Under the pieces are notes generated by a model. It worked only from the letters and a program-made list of their open reading frames with translations. It was not told where the DNA came from and ran no database searches. 64,000 nt of DNA from Patescibacteria group bacterium (lineage in GTDB: Bacteria; Patescibacteriota; Microgenomatia; 2-02-FULL-39-11): contig JAMCUI010000007.1 in assembly GCA_023379265.1 (NCBI GenBank), forward strand, positions 82,330 through 146,329, given 5' to 3'. The position numbers and the translations under genes were made by a program. This document shows positions 1 to 9,336 of the stretch, in pieces (position 1 is the stretch's first letter; each line of letters begins with the position of its first letter).

Positions 1-345
1 GGGGGAAATCACCAGTTGGCATAGTAGAAAAAACCGCTTTTGTTTTATCTGTTTTTACATGTAAATTGTTACCCTCAAGATTAAACTCAACTTTGTCAGC
101 TATAAGATTTGAAACAAACTCTGTGAGAAGTTTTCCAGGCACTGTAACTTCTCCTTCTTTTTCTATTTTTGCTGGGATAGAGAAGATTAAACCAATTTCT
201 AAATTAGTTACTGCAAATTTTATTTGTCCTTTATCAGTTTTTATTAATACATTTGATAAAATCGGAATTTGAGGTCTTGAGGAAATATTTCTGCTTAATA
301 TAGATAAAATTTTATTGAGGTTTTCTTTTAGAACGAAAAAATGCA
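1..345 (-). CDS. dnaN: DNA polymerase III beta subunit (sliding clamp), N-terminal part; gene runs off the window start
   Basis: Minus-strand translation from ATG at 345 gives MHFFVLKENLNKILSILSRNISSRPQIPILSNVLIKTDKGQIKFAVTNLEIGL..., matching the DnaN N-terminus (LPILSNVLI, TDLEIG motifs). It lies immediately downstream of dnaA on the same strand. The + ORF 66..272 is its antisense. Confidence 0.8.
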
Positions 346-524
346 TATTATATTAAAAGTAATAGTAGTATTAGAGAGTGTTGATAAGTGTAGATAATTT
401 TACAATGGCAGTCAAGGACAAGAAATTTTAATAAAAAACTTATGTTTATAAAGTCCTTGAAATGAAGTGGATAATTATGTGGATAAAAATTATAAAAATG
501 TGGATAAGTTGATAAATGGTTAAA
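346..524. promoter_or_regulatory. DnaA-box cluster between dnaA and dnaN (candidate oriC / DnaA-regulated region)
   Basis: TGTGGATAA (perfect reverse complement of TTATCCACA) occurs twice at about 476-512. Near matches: AGTGGATAA, TGTAGATAA, GTTGATAAG/GTTGATAAA, TTATCCAAA. The surrounding sequence is AT-rich. Confidence 0.65.
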
Positions 525-1898
525 TTATCCAAAAAGTTTATTTTTTATCCCCATAATATCACCACGAATTTGTTCGTTTGTTGATAATAAATCTGTTATT
601 TTTTTTACCCCGTGAATTATAGTTGTGTGATCTCTACCACCAACTAAATTTCCAATATCTGCAAGGGGAACGTTTAATTCTGACCGCATAATATAGTAAA
701 GTATTTGTCGAGGTCTTGCCAAATTTCTATCCCTTCTTATTCCTTTTATCTGGGATGGTTTCAGGTTGAAATATGTAGCAACAGCATTCAGCGCGTCTTC
801 AAGTCTTACTCCATTTTTTTTAGGCATTTCTTTAATACTTTTTCCAAGAATATTTTTTACCAGATCAATATCGATTGGAACATCTCTTGTTTGAGATTCT
901 GTCAGGATACGGATGAGAACTCCTTCTAGTTTCCTCGGGTTTTCAATATTTGCTGCAAGAAGTTTTGCTAAATCTATTTTTAATTCAACTCCACGCTGTT
1001 TTGCTTTAATAAGAAGTATTGCGGTGCGTAATTCAAAGTCTGGTGGGCCAATATCTATAGATAGTCCTCCTTCAAATCGTGAACGCAATCTTGCTTCCAA
1101 CTTATTTATTTCTTCAGGCGGTTTGTCTGAAGTAAGCACTATTTGTCCACCCGCTTGTTGTATCGCGTTAAAAGTGTGGAAAAATTCCTCCTGTACTGCG
1201 TTTTTACCCGCAATAAACTGGATATCGTCAATGAAAAGCGCATTTGTTCTGCGGTATTTTTTCTTAAATGCGACAGTGGTTTTGTTTCCTATCGCTTCGA
1301 TAATATCGTTGGTAAATTCTTCTCCCGTACAGTAAATAATTTTCAGTTTAGGATTATTTTTTATAACAGAGTGACCGATTGCCTGCATTAAGTGTGTTTT
1401 TCCCACTCCGACCCCGCCGTATAAAAACAACGGATTGTAGGAAGCACCTGGAGATTTAGCAACAGCAGTGGCAGCAGCATATGCCATATGATTTGATGAA
1501 GAGACGGCAAAATTCTCGAAGGTATAATAATGATTGAGGTATGGGGGGGGAGTAATAATATTAAGGGATTGTTTTACCTTAAATAAAGGTTCATCAAAAA
1601 CTTTTTTATCAGAAATTACAGGGAGAGCCTTAAAAACAAGTTTGGCAGCAGTTTTTGTATAAGAGGTTAATGTTTTTTGTATTAAATCATAATATCTTTT
1701 TTCAATAAGGTTTATCAAAAGTGGTTGGTTACAGCCAATGATTGCTGTATCTTGGGTCAATTCTAGTAATTTGGTTTGCGACAGAAAGGTTTGAAAAGAA
1801 GCTTTGGTAATTTGTAGCTCTAAGTCGGCCAAAACAATCTGCCACAGTGTTTCCGTGTTCATAAAAAGATATCCACATCCTAAAAAAGTTATCCACAA
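525..1898 (-). CDS. dnaA: Chromosomal replication initiator protein DnaA
   Basis: 457 aa. AAA+ Walker A GGVGVGKTHL, Walker B LFIDDIQF, C-terminal DnaA box-binding domain (NVPLADIGNLVGGRDHTTIIHGVKKI). Confidence 0.95.
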   Translation of the reverse strand: MWITFLGCGYLFMNTETLWQIVLADLELQITKASFQTFLSQTKLLELTQDTAIIGCNQPLLINLIEKRYYDLIQKTLTSYTKTAAKLVFKALPVISDKKVFDEPLFKVKQSLNIITPPPYLNHYYTFENFAVSSSNHMAYAAATAVAKSPGASYNPLFLYGGVGVGKTHLMQAIGHSVIKNNPKLKIIYCTGEEFTNDIIEAIGNKTTVAFKKKYRRTNALFIDDIQFIAGKNAVQEEFFHTFNAIQQAGGQIVLTSDKPPEEINKLEARLRSRFEGGLSIDIGPPDFELRTAILLIKAKQRGVELKIDLAKLLAANIENPRKLEGVLIRILTESQTRDVPIDIDLVKNILGKSIKEMPKKNGVRLEDALNAVATYFNLKPSQIKGIRRDRNLARPRQILYYIMRSELNVPLADIGNLVGGRDHTTIIHGVKKITDLLSTNEQIRGDIMGIKNKLFG

Positions 1899-2027
1899 TT
1901 GTCAAGGTGCTTTAACTATTACTTTCTATAAACAATTATGCAAATTCCGTTTTAATCCTAACAATATGAATAGATTTGGATTAAAGATTTTATATTTAGT
2001 ATAAAATATGATATTATATAGAGCATT
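1860..2027. promoter_or_regulatory. DnaA boxes plus AT-rich unwinding-element-like stretch upstream of dnaA / rpmH
   Basis: TTATCCACA (perfect) and ATATCCACA at about 1868-1896. AT-rich run TTTATATTTAGTATAAAATATGATATTATATAG at about 1985-2020. Confidence 0.55.
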
Positions 2028-2165
2028 ATGACCAAAAGAACATTTCAACCAAAAAAGAAAAGAAGGGTTAGAGTACATGGCTTTCGCGGTAAAATGAAGT
2101 CTAAAAATGGCCGTCACGTCTTGGCTCGAAGAAGAGCCAAAAATAGGAAGAAACTCAGCGTTTAA
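2028..2165 (+). CDS. rpmH: 50S ribosomal protein L34
   Basis: Not in the ORF track (45 aa). Hand translation: [45 protein letters not shown], classic L34. Conserved position dnaA-rpmH-rnpA. Confidence 0.9.
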   Translation: MTKRTFQPKKKRRVRVHGFRGKMKSKNGRHVLARRRAKNRKKLSV

Positions 2166-2169
2166 CCTC

Positions 2170-2511
2170 ATGTTGCCCAAAATACACCGTTTAACCATCG
2201 GTGACTTCAATAAAAACAATCAGAAACCCCAAAGATTTCACTCTATCAACTTGACTTTTTTTATAAAAACAAAAAAAAACAGTGAACCTTCCGGGTTTTC
2301 CATTTCCGTACCAAAATATTTGGACAAAAGAAGCGTTTATAGACATCAAACAAAAAGAATGATTTCTCAATTTTTAATTCCAGAACTAAGGGAAATTATT
2401 AACGGTTATGATATTCTTATTAAGCCCAAAAGGATTTTTTCGAAAAAAGAAGGCAAATTAATTAGTGAAGAGATATATAATCTTTTACATTCAGCAAAAC
2501 TGATTACTTAA
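2170..2511 (+). CDS. rnpA: Ribonuclease P protein component
   Basis: Internal Met of ORF 2107..2511: MLPKIHRLTIGDFNKNNQ... with basic RnpA-type segment SISVPKYLDKRSVYRHQTKRMISQFL. Synteny rpmH-rnpA-yidD-yidC. Confidence 0.8.
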   Translation: MLPKIHRLTIGDFNKNNQKPQRFHSINLTFFIKTKKNSEPSGFSISVPKYLDKRSVYRHQTKRMISQFLIPELREIINGYDILIKPKRIFSKKEGKLISEEIYNLLHSAKLIT

Positions 2512-2512
2512 A

Positions 2513-2737
2513 ATGAAAAAAAACACTCTTAAACTATTATCACTGTATAAAAAATATATTTCAAAAGGTATTTTGAGCGTTGTTTATCTAGGAGATTGCC
2601 GATTTCAACCAACTTGTTCTGAGTACACTTATCAAGCTGTAGGGAAGTATGGTACAATCAAAGGATTAATTTTAGGCGTTAAAAGAATTTTACACTGTAA
2701 TCCCTTGTTTAAGGGAGGATATGATCCTTTAGAGTAA
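2513..2737 (+). CDS. yidD: Membrane protein insertion efficiency factor YidD
   Basis: 74 aa; CRFQPTCSEYTYQAVGKYG...RILHCNPLFKGGYDPLE matches the YidD/haemolytic-domain signature. Confidence 0.85.
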   Translation: MKKNTLKLLSLYKKYISKGILSVVYLGDCRFQPTCSEYTYQAVGKYGTIKGLILGVKRILHCNPLFKGGYDPLE

Positions 2738-2740
2738 TTT

Positions 2741-3565
2741 ATGTTTAATCCGGGCAATCCTTTTGATTCATTTCTTGTAATACCAATCCTGAACGCTCTC
2801 GTGGCGGTTTATAAATTGATTTTGTTTTTCAAGCTTCCCGGTGCTTTCGGATTGGCGCTTATTGTGCTTACCGCCCTTATTAGAGTGGCGCTTAATCCTC
2901 TTATGGTGACGCAACTGAAAAGTGCCCATAAGCTGAGTAAGCTTAAGCCTGAACTTGATAGACTTTCTGAAAAACATAAGGATGATAAAAACAGGTTGCA
3001 TCAAGAACAGTTAAAGCTTTATCAGGAGGCGGGTATTAACCCTGCAGCGGGTTGTCTTCCCCTTCTTATACAAATGCCCATACTTCTAGGTTTATATAAC
3101 TTATTTTTTAAACTACTGAGTAATACCAATCTTGTACAAGTGACAAAGGAGATTAATAGCGTTCTTTATACCCCGTTTTTGAAAATAAGTACGATTAATT
3201 TATCGTTTTTCGGTATGGATTTAGCCCACAAACCATCAGACTGGTCAAAATATGGCATATGGTTGCTTTTGGTTCCCGTTGTGACGGCACTTCTTCAGTA
3301 TCTTCAAACAAGAATGATGACCCCCAAGACGCCGCAAACAGCACTTAAAAAAGTCGAGGATGAAAAGAATAAAGAAAAAAAAGAAGATATGGGGACAGCG
3401 ATGCAAAAACAAATGGCAATAATGATGCCTCTTATGATTGGATTTTTTTCCTACTCTTTTCCCCTTGGTTTGTCAATTTATTGGAACACTTTTACTATAT
3501 TTGGTATAATCCAACAGCGTCAGCTTAATAAAATCATGGAGAAAGAAAATGAAGAAAAAAGATAA
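2741..3565 (+). CDS. yidC: Membrane protein insertase YidC (short form)
   Basis: 274 aa, multiple TM segments, YidC/Oxa1 core (LTALIRVALNPL...QEAGINPAAGCLPLLIQMPILLGLY), lysine-rich tail. Synteny. Confidence 0.85.
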   Translation: MFNPGNPFDSFLVIPILNALVAVYKLILFFKLPGAFGLALIVLTALIRVALNPLMVTQLKSAHKLSKLKPELDRLSEKHKDDKNRLHQEQLKLYQEAGINPAAGCLPLLIQMPILLGLYNLFFKLLSNTNLVQVTKEINSVLYTPFLKISTINLSFFGMDLAHKPSDWSKYGIWLLLVPVVTALLQYLQTRMMTPKTPQTALKKVEDEKNKEKKEDMGTAMQKQMAIMMPLMIGFFSYSFPLGLSIYWNTFTIFGIIQQRQLNKIMEKENEEKR

Positions 3566-4046
3566 AGAAGTAAAACTTACAAGCGATATAAAAACAACTG
3601 TTTTAGAACTTATGGACAGGTTACATGTCGAAGGAAGTGTAGACGTGGAAGAAGAGAAGTCCGACCCTTCAGAAGAAGCCAATCATTTCAAAGTGGTAAT
3701 ACAAACAAATGAGACAGGACTTCTTATAGGTCGACATGGTGAGACTCTGAACAGTCTTCAGTTGATCTTGGGAGTGGTGCTTTATAAAAAGATGGGTAAA
3801 TGGATAAGGGTGATTTTAGATGTAGGAGATTATAGAAAAGTAAGGGAAGAGAGTATAAAAGAAATGGTGGGAAGAATTGTTGCTGAGGTTGAATCAATTG
3901 GACAGCCAGTTACACTACCTTATCTTACGCCACTTGAACGAAGGATTGTACATATAATGCTTGCTGATAATCCTAAGATTATGTCTGAGTCAACAGGCGA
4001 GGGAAAAGAAAGAAGGGTAACAATCAAACCTCGTCAGCAAGGTTAA
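3549..4046 (+). CDS. jag: Jag/KhpB-like RNA-binding protein (KH + R3H domains)
   Basis: VIQTNETGLLIGRHGETLNSLQ (KH-like) and TLPYLTPLERRIVHIMLAD (R3H). Downstream of yidC as in many bacteria. Confidence 0.75.
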   Translation: MKKKDKEVKLTSDIKTTVLELMDRLHVEGSVDVEEEKSDPSEEANHFKVVIQTNETGLLIGRHGETLNSLQLILGVVLYKKMGKWIRVILDVGDYRKVREESIKEMVGRIVAEVESIGQPVTLPYLTPLERRIVHIMLADNPKIMSESTGEGKERRVTIKPRQQG

Positions 4047-4084
4047 TTTAGCTAACAGTAGAACTTCATTAGTGTTGGATAGAT

Positions 4085-5362
4085 GTGAACTTGGCGTTGG
4101 TTTCTTTTTATATACTTCTACTTTTTTTACCGTCTCAACTCGGCAGACACTTTTTCCCAAATTTTTCCCTTGTTTCAGGTGTTATAAGCGATTATCTTAT
4201 ACCAGTCTTTTATTTCACAGATTTTTTAATTATTTTAACCATATTTCTATACATTCTTGAAAATTGGCATAATTGGCTAAGACCTAAGTATTCCTCTTGG
4301 GCGATTTTAATCCTAACAGTTCTAATTTATTTATTTTTCAATAGTACGGTCATTGCTTCAAATAAATGGGTTGCGGTTTATAAGATGGTAAAAATCGCAG
4401 AATTTATTCTTTTAGGACATGTTGTTTATAGGTTGAAACCGAAACTTTTATCAGTTTTATCCGTTCTTTCAATTTGCACGGTTTACTCATCGGTTTTATC
4501 GGTTTGGCAGTTTGTGTCCCAGAAATCGGTAGGTGGATTGTTTTACTGGTTGGGTGAAAGGACATTTAGCTCCAACACTCCAGGAATAGCGGTGTTTTCC
4601 CTAAATGGACAACTTATACTTCGGTCATATGCCACTTTTCCTCATCCAAATGTCCTAGGAGGTTTTCTTGCTATTTTGCTGCCGGCGTTTTTATTTCTAC
4701 TTATTAACAGAAAAAAGATGAAAATAGAGATGAGAGGTTATTATTGGTTTTTATTTGCTTTGACTCTTGGTATTGTTTCTTTAGTTTTAACTTTTAGCAG
4801 AGCAGCGTGGATAATTACTCTTTTGGGATTTTTTCTAGTTGTTATGCAGAAAAAAAAGGTTGACCTGTTAAATATCCTAAAAAATAAAAATCTGGTATTA
4901 TTTTTATTTTATACTCTAATGTTCCTGTCTGTTTTTACGCTTCTTGTTTTTCCCCAGGGAGAAAAAATTATTGGTGGCAAGAGTTGGTCTCAAAGGGCAG
5001 TCCTTGATAAAACAGCGTTGGTCTTAACCTTGCAACATCCGCTTCTTGGTATAGGATTGAACAATTTTGTAGTGCAGGCGCACAGTGTTATAAATAACTA
5101 TTCTGATATATATCTTTTACAACCAGTCCACAATTTTTACCTATTAATTTTGGTAGAAACTGGTTTAATAGGATTTGCCATTTTCTTACTATTTATTGAT
5201 TTAGTATTAGATTGGAGTATTAAATCAGGTTTAATTGTATTAATTATCGAGTTACTCCTTTTTTCATTGGGATTTTTTGACCATTATCTTTTTACTTTGC
5301 AGCAAGGTCAACTATTTTTTACCATTTTTACTTCTCTTGCTTTGATTCCTCGTAAAATCTAA
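4085..5362 (+). CDS. O-antigen ligase / Wzy_C family polytopic membrane protein
   Basis: 425 aa, >=10 TM helices. Wzy_C-like block SVINNYSDIYLLQPVHNFYLLILVETGLIGFAIFLLF (H...HN..L....E.G..G). Confidence 0.55.
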   Translation: MNLALVSFYILLLFLPSQLGRHFFPNFSLVSGVISDYLIPVFYFTDFLIILTIFLYILENWHNWLRPKYSSWAILILTVLIYLFFNSTVIASNKWVAVYKMVKIAEFILLGHVVYRLKPKLLSVLSVLSICTVYSSVLSVWQFVSQKSVGGLFYWLGERTFSSNTPGIAVFSLNGQLILRSYATFPHPNVLGGFLAILLPAFLFLLINRKKMKIEMRGYYWFLFALTLGIVSLVLTFSRAAWIITLLGFFLVVMQKKKVDLLNILKNKNLVLFLFYTLMFLSVFTLLVFPQGEKIIGGKSWSQRAVLDKTALVLTLQHPLLGIGLNNFVVQAHSVINNYSDIYLLQPVHNFYLLILVETGLIGFAIFLLFIDLVLDWSIKSGLIVLIIELLLFSLGFFDHYLFTLQQGQLFFTIFTSLALIPRKI

Positions 5363-5440
5363 TCTTTTTCTATCGTAGAAATATTTTATGGGTTGTCTTT
5401 TTAGCCCAAAATGCTAAACTGGCATATATTGGATTAATCA

Positions 5441-5656
5441 ATGAAATTACATAAAGTATTGTTGTTTATTTTTATACTACCAGTGACTCTTTTTCTAGAT
5501 CTTGTTTTTTATGCCTTGACGAACAACTGTCCGTCCTGCGGCAATGGTTTTGCCCAATGGGTGACTAGTGAAGGCGCCCTGTCTTTTCCCATAGTGGTTG
5601 GATTGACTGAATGGTTTAGTCAGATGTTCACGAATCTTAAAACTTCAAAGAAATAA
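5441..5656 (+). CDS. Small hypothetical membrane protein with CPSC motif
   Basis: 71-aa ORF with N-terminal hydrophobic segment and CPSCGNG. No recognisable family. Confidence 0.25.
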   Translation: MKLHKVLLFIFILPVTLFLDLVFYALTNNCPSCGNGFAQWVTSEGALSFPIVVGLTEWFSQMFTNLKTSKK

Positions 5657-5664
5657 TTTCCTTT

Positions 5665-6225
5665 ATGAATATAGCAGTTTTGGGAGGTAGATTTGACCCG
5701 CCTCACATTTGGCATTTTTGGACAGCTCAACAGGTATTGGAAAATACAGGTTTTGTGGATCAAGTTTGGCTCATGCCGGACTATTCAAACGCCTTTAAGC
5801 CCATTATTGCTTCTACCTCGGATCGAATAGAAATGCTTCATTTTCTGGAAACCGGGAGAATAAAGTTATCAACGGTTGCAATAGCCAAGGAAGAGACTAC
5901 GTATACAGTGAACATTGTGAAGGATCTTATTAGAGACCCTTATAATAAATATTTCTGGATTGTCGGTTCAGATATTACCATAGAGTTTACCAGATGGCGG
6001 GATTATCAGAGGTTGTCTCAATTGATAAAGTTTCTGGTTTTCCCCCGAAAGGATTTCCCCATCAAAAACCTACATTCAGGTTTTCAGAAGGTAGAGGGGA
6101 ATATTATGCTTAGTAACGTTTCCTCGACAATCATAAGGGAAAGGGTAAAACAGGGCAGGACAATCTCCGGACTTGTGTTTCCGGAGGTAGAGGACTATAT
6201 AAAAAGGAAGAATCTTTATAAATAA
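5665..6225 (+). CDS. nadD: Nicotinate-nucleotide adenylyltransferase
   Basis: GGRFDPPHIWH (HxGH-type nucleotidyltransferase motif), SSTIIRERV near the C-terminus. 186 aa. Confidence 0.85.
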   Translation: MNIAVLGGRFDPPHIWHFWTAQQVLENTGFVDQVWLMPDYSNAFKPIIASTSDRIEMLHFLETGRIKLSTVAIAKEETTYTVNIVKDLIRDPYNKYFWIVGSDITIEFTRWRDYQRLSQLIKFLVFPRKDFPIKNLHSGFQKVEGNIMLSNVSSTIIRERVKQGRTISGLVFPEVEDYIKRKNLYK

Positions 6226-6235
6226 ACCAAACTTC

Positions 6236-7027
6236 ATGGTTTCAATGCCAAATCAGGTTGATTTATCTATTAATCTAGTAAAAACCTCTGAAGAGATTGT
6301 TTCCTTCATAAAAACCACTTTCAAAAAAGCAGGTTTTTCAAAGGCAGTGATTGGTTTATCTGGAGGTGTGGACTCTACCACATCTCTTTATCTTGGAGTA
6401 GAAGCTCTTGGGTCAGAAAATATTTACGTTGGACTCTTCCCTTATGGAGGGTGGAATAGGGAAGACTTGGGGGACGCAAAACTTATTTTAAGAGAACTTA
6501 AAATTCCAACAGAAAATATAATTTTACTAGATATTAAGCCCTTAGCGGATAAAATAATAGCGGTTGATCCTGTTATGAATAAACTTCGTAGAGGAAATAT
6601 TATGGTAAGAGTAAGAATGATTTTGCTTTATGATTTAGCAAAAAAATATAATTCTCTAGTTTTGGGTACTGAGAATAAGACAGAGTATTTACTGGGCTAT
6701 TTTACCCGTTTTGGTGATGAAGCATCGGATATTGAACCTCTCATGAGGCTATATAAAACACAGGTACGGCAGTTGGCAGGATACCTGAAAGTGCCGGAAA
6801 AAATTATCCAAAAAGCGCCAACTGCTAGTATGTGGCAGGGCCAGACTGATGAGGAGGAATTCGGTTTTACGTATGAGGAAGCAGATAAGATATTACATTT
6901 ATATATTGATAGGAAGAAGTCTATAGAAGAGGTGGTTCAATTAGATATTCAATTAGAGATAATAAATAAAGTAATAGATAGATTAAAAAGAAACGAATTC
7001 AAACATAATCTACCCCATAAATTTTAG
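6236..7027 (+). CDS. nadE: NH3-dependent NAD+ synthetase
   Basis: PP-loop GLSGGVDSTT, NAD synthetase length and layout. Adjacent to nadD. Confidence 0.85.
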   Translation: MVSMPNQVDLSINLVKTSEEIVSFIKTTFKKAGFSKAVIGLSGGVDSTTSLYLGVEALGSENIYVGLFPYGGWNREDLGDAKLILRELKIPTENIILLDIKPLADKIIAVDPVMNKLRRGNIMVRVRMILLYDLAKKYNSLVLGTENKTEYLLGYFTRFGDEASDIEPLMRLYKTQVRQLAGYLKVPEKIIQKAPTASMWQGQTDEEEFGFTYEEADKILHLYIDRKKSIEEVVQLDIQLEIINKVIDRLKRNEFKHNLPHKF

Positions 7028-7121
7028 TTTTTTATTCTTCTTAATCTTTTAGGTTAATACTGTACGGTTGGTGTTAAATGTTGGATAATGGGGAAATTAT
7101 AAATGTTAATAATCTAACAGG

Positions 7122-8108
7122 ATGAATATTTTAGTTACAGGAGGAGCGGGTTATATAGGAAGTGTTACCGTATCGCAATTACTTGAGGCGGGATACAAAG
7201 TTGTGGTTTATGACAGCTTCATTAAAGGGCATAAAAAAGCAGTACATAAAGACGCAGTGTTTGTAAAAGGTGATATCTCTGATTATATGCTTGTCCTGAA
7301 AACGTTACGCAAATACAAAATTGACGCAGTCTTACATTTTGCTGCTTTTATTGAAGCAGGAGAAAGCATGAAAGTGCCGGAAAAATATTTTCATAACAAT
7401 ACTATCAATACACTGCTTTTTCTGGAAGCGATGTTAGCAGTTGGAGTGAGAAAGTTTATTTTTTCTTCGACAGCCGCTGTATATGGAGACCCGAAAAGGA
7501 CTCCTATTGCTGAAGATACTGATTTGCGGCCAACCAATGCATATGGAGCATCAAAACTGTTAGTGGAAAATACTCTTTCTTGGTATCATAAAATTTATGG
7601 TTTAAGCTATGTGTCTCTGCGCTATTTTAATGCTTGCGGCGCGACCAAAGATTTAGGAGAAGATCATTCTCCGGAAACTCATCTTATTCCAAGAGCTTTG
7701 CAATCAGTGATGGGAAAAGGTGCAAAATTGCAACTTTTTGGTTTTGACTATCCCACAAAAGATGGAACATGCATAAGAGATTATATACATGTATCGGATC
7801 TGGCTAGAGCGCATCTACTTGCCCTTAAGTTAATCACTAAAAATGGTCAATGGCAGAAGATTTATAATTTGGGTAGTCAGAATGGTTTTAGTAATAAAGA
7901 AGTTATTGAAGCAGTAGGGCGTGTAGTTGGTAAATCGGTTCCTTATGTTCCTACTAGTAGAAGAATAGGTGACCCGGCGGTGCTTGTTGCCAGTTCAGAA
8001 AAGATTCGAAAGGAACTTGGATGGAAAGCAAAATATACCAATTTGGATGAAATTATTGAAAGCGCTTATAGATGGAAGCTAAGTCATCAACTTGGATACC
8101 AATCCTAG
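7122..8108 (+). CDS. galE: UDP-glucose 4-epimerase
   Basis: VTGGAGYIGS Rossmann motif, YGASK (YxxxK) catalytic motif. 328 aa. Confidence 0.85.
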   Translation: MNILVTGGAGYIGSVTVSQLLEAGYKVVVYDSFIKGHKKAVHKDAVFVKGDISDYMLVLKTLRKYKIDAVLHFAAFIEAGESMKVPEKYFHNNTINTLLFLEAMLAVGVRKFIFSSTAAVYGDPKRTPIAEDTDLRPTNAYGASKLLVENTLSWYHKIYGLSYVSLRYFNACGATKDLGEDHSPETHLIPRALQSVMGKGAKLQLFGFDYPTKDGTCIRDYIHVSDLARAHLLALKLITKNGQWQKIYNLGSQNGFSNKEVIEAVGRVVGKSVPYVPTSRRIGDPAVLVASSEKIRKELGWKAKYTNLDEIIESAYRWKLSHQLGYQS

Positions 8109-8150
8109 ATAAACATTTCTTCGTAGGTGATTTCTAATACACCTTTTATA

Positions 8151-9221
8151 TTAGTGTAACCGTCGGTTGACCAGTTTTTTCAATTTCTTTGTAGCCTCCT
8201 CAGGAGTGATGTCTCTTTGTGCTTCAGAAAGCATCTCATATCCAACCATAAATTTTTTTACGACTGCTGATCGAAGTAAAGGTGGGTAATAATGTGCATG
8301 TAGTTGCCAATGGTTATTATTTTTACCGTAAGATGGTGCAAAGTGCCATCCCATGGAATATGGCATGGATGTATCAAATAATTTATCGTAAGCAACTAGA
8401 ATTTTTTTCATTATTTTGGCTAAATCTGTTGTTTCACTAGAAGAAAGTTGTATGAGGTTTGGGTGATGATTTTGAGGGATAATCATTATCTCATACGGCC
8501 AAGTTGCCCAGAATGGTACCAAGACAATCCAGTTATTATTTTCTATGACAATCCGTTCCTGTTTTAACTGTTCTACTTGTAGATAATCAACGAGTAAAGG
8601 AGACTGTTTCTTTTGAAAGTAATTTTTCTGCTGTGTGTCTTCTTTACTAATTTCAGTCGGTATAAAGTTGCCGGCCCAAATTTGTCCATGCGGATGGAGA
8701 TTGGAACAACCCATCATTTCCCCTTTGTTTTCAAATATCTGTACCCATTTATATATTTTACTAAGCGTTTTTGTCTCTTTTATCCAAGTATTGATAACAT
8801 TTTCTATTTTCTTTTCGGGCATTTCAGCGAGAGTTAGATCGTGTTTTGGTGAGAAGCAGACTACGCGACACGCCCCATTTACATTTTCAGAAAAAAATAT
8901 TCCTGACTCCTGCTGAATTTTTGGTTGATTACTCTTAGAGATGGCCGGAAAATCATTATCAAAAACAAAAGTGTTTTCATATTGAGGGTTTATTTGACCA
9001 GAAGCTCTTTTATTGCCTGGACAAAGGTAGCATTGATTATCATATGCTGACTTTTTATCCTTTATGATTTTTTCCTGTTTGCCTTTCCATGGTCGGGAAG
9101 TTCTCTGTGGTGAAACTAAAACCCACTCATCCTTCAAGGGATTATATCTACGATGTGATTGGAATAGTGTCATATTCTTGGATATTATAGTAGATTTTAG
9201 AATATTCCTGAAGTCGGACAT
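8151..9221 (-). CDS. galT: Galactose-1-phosphate uridylyltransferase
   Basis: CYLCPGN zinc motif and FENKGEMMGCSNLHPHGQIWAGNFIP (HPHGQ active-site histidine motif). Confidence 0.85.
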   Translation of the reverse strand: MSDFRNILKSTIISKNMTLFQSHRRYNPLKDEWVLVSPQRTSRPWKGKQEKIIKDKKSAYDNQCYLCPGNKRASGQINPQYENTFVFDNDFPAISKSNQPKIQQESGIFFSENVNGACRVVCFSPKHDLTLAEMPEKKIENVINTWIKETKTLSKIYKWVQIFENKGEMMGCSNLHPHGQIWAGNFIPTEISKEDTQQKNYFQKKQSPLLVDYLQVEQLKQERIVIENNNWIVLVPFWATWPYEIMIIPQNHHPNLIQLSSSETTDLAKIMKKILVAYDKLFDTSMPYSMGWHFAPSYGKNNNHWQLHAHYYPPLLRSAVVKKFMVGYEMLSEAQRDITPEEATKKLKKLVNRRLH

Positions 9222-9336
9222 TTTATATAAATATAATTAATCATCTTTTTATTTTTAATGACACTTTGACAAGTTTTTTGATGTATGATATTGTGTGAAA
9301 ATTAATAATCATTTTGTCTAAACAAAAGGAGAAAAG

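Noticed and set aside
66-272. Plus-strand ORF of 68 aa at the window start
   Set aside because: It is the antisense of the dnaN N-terminus, which translates convincingly on the minus strand (ATG at 345).
705-1391. Plus-strand ORFs (74, 140, 82 aa) inside dnaA
   Set aside because: They lie antisense within a strongly supported dnaA coding region with no motifs. Typical shadow ORFs.
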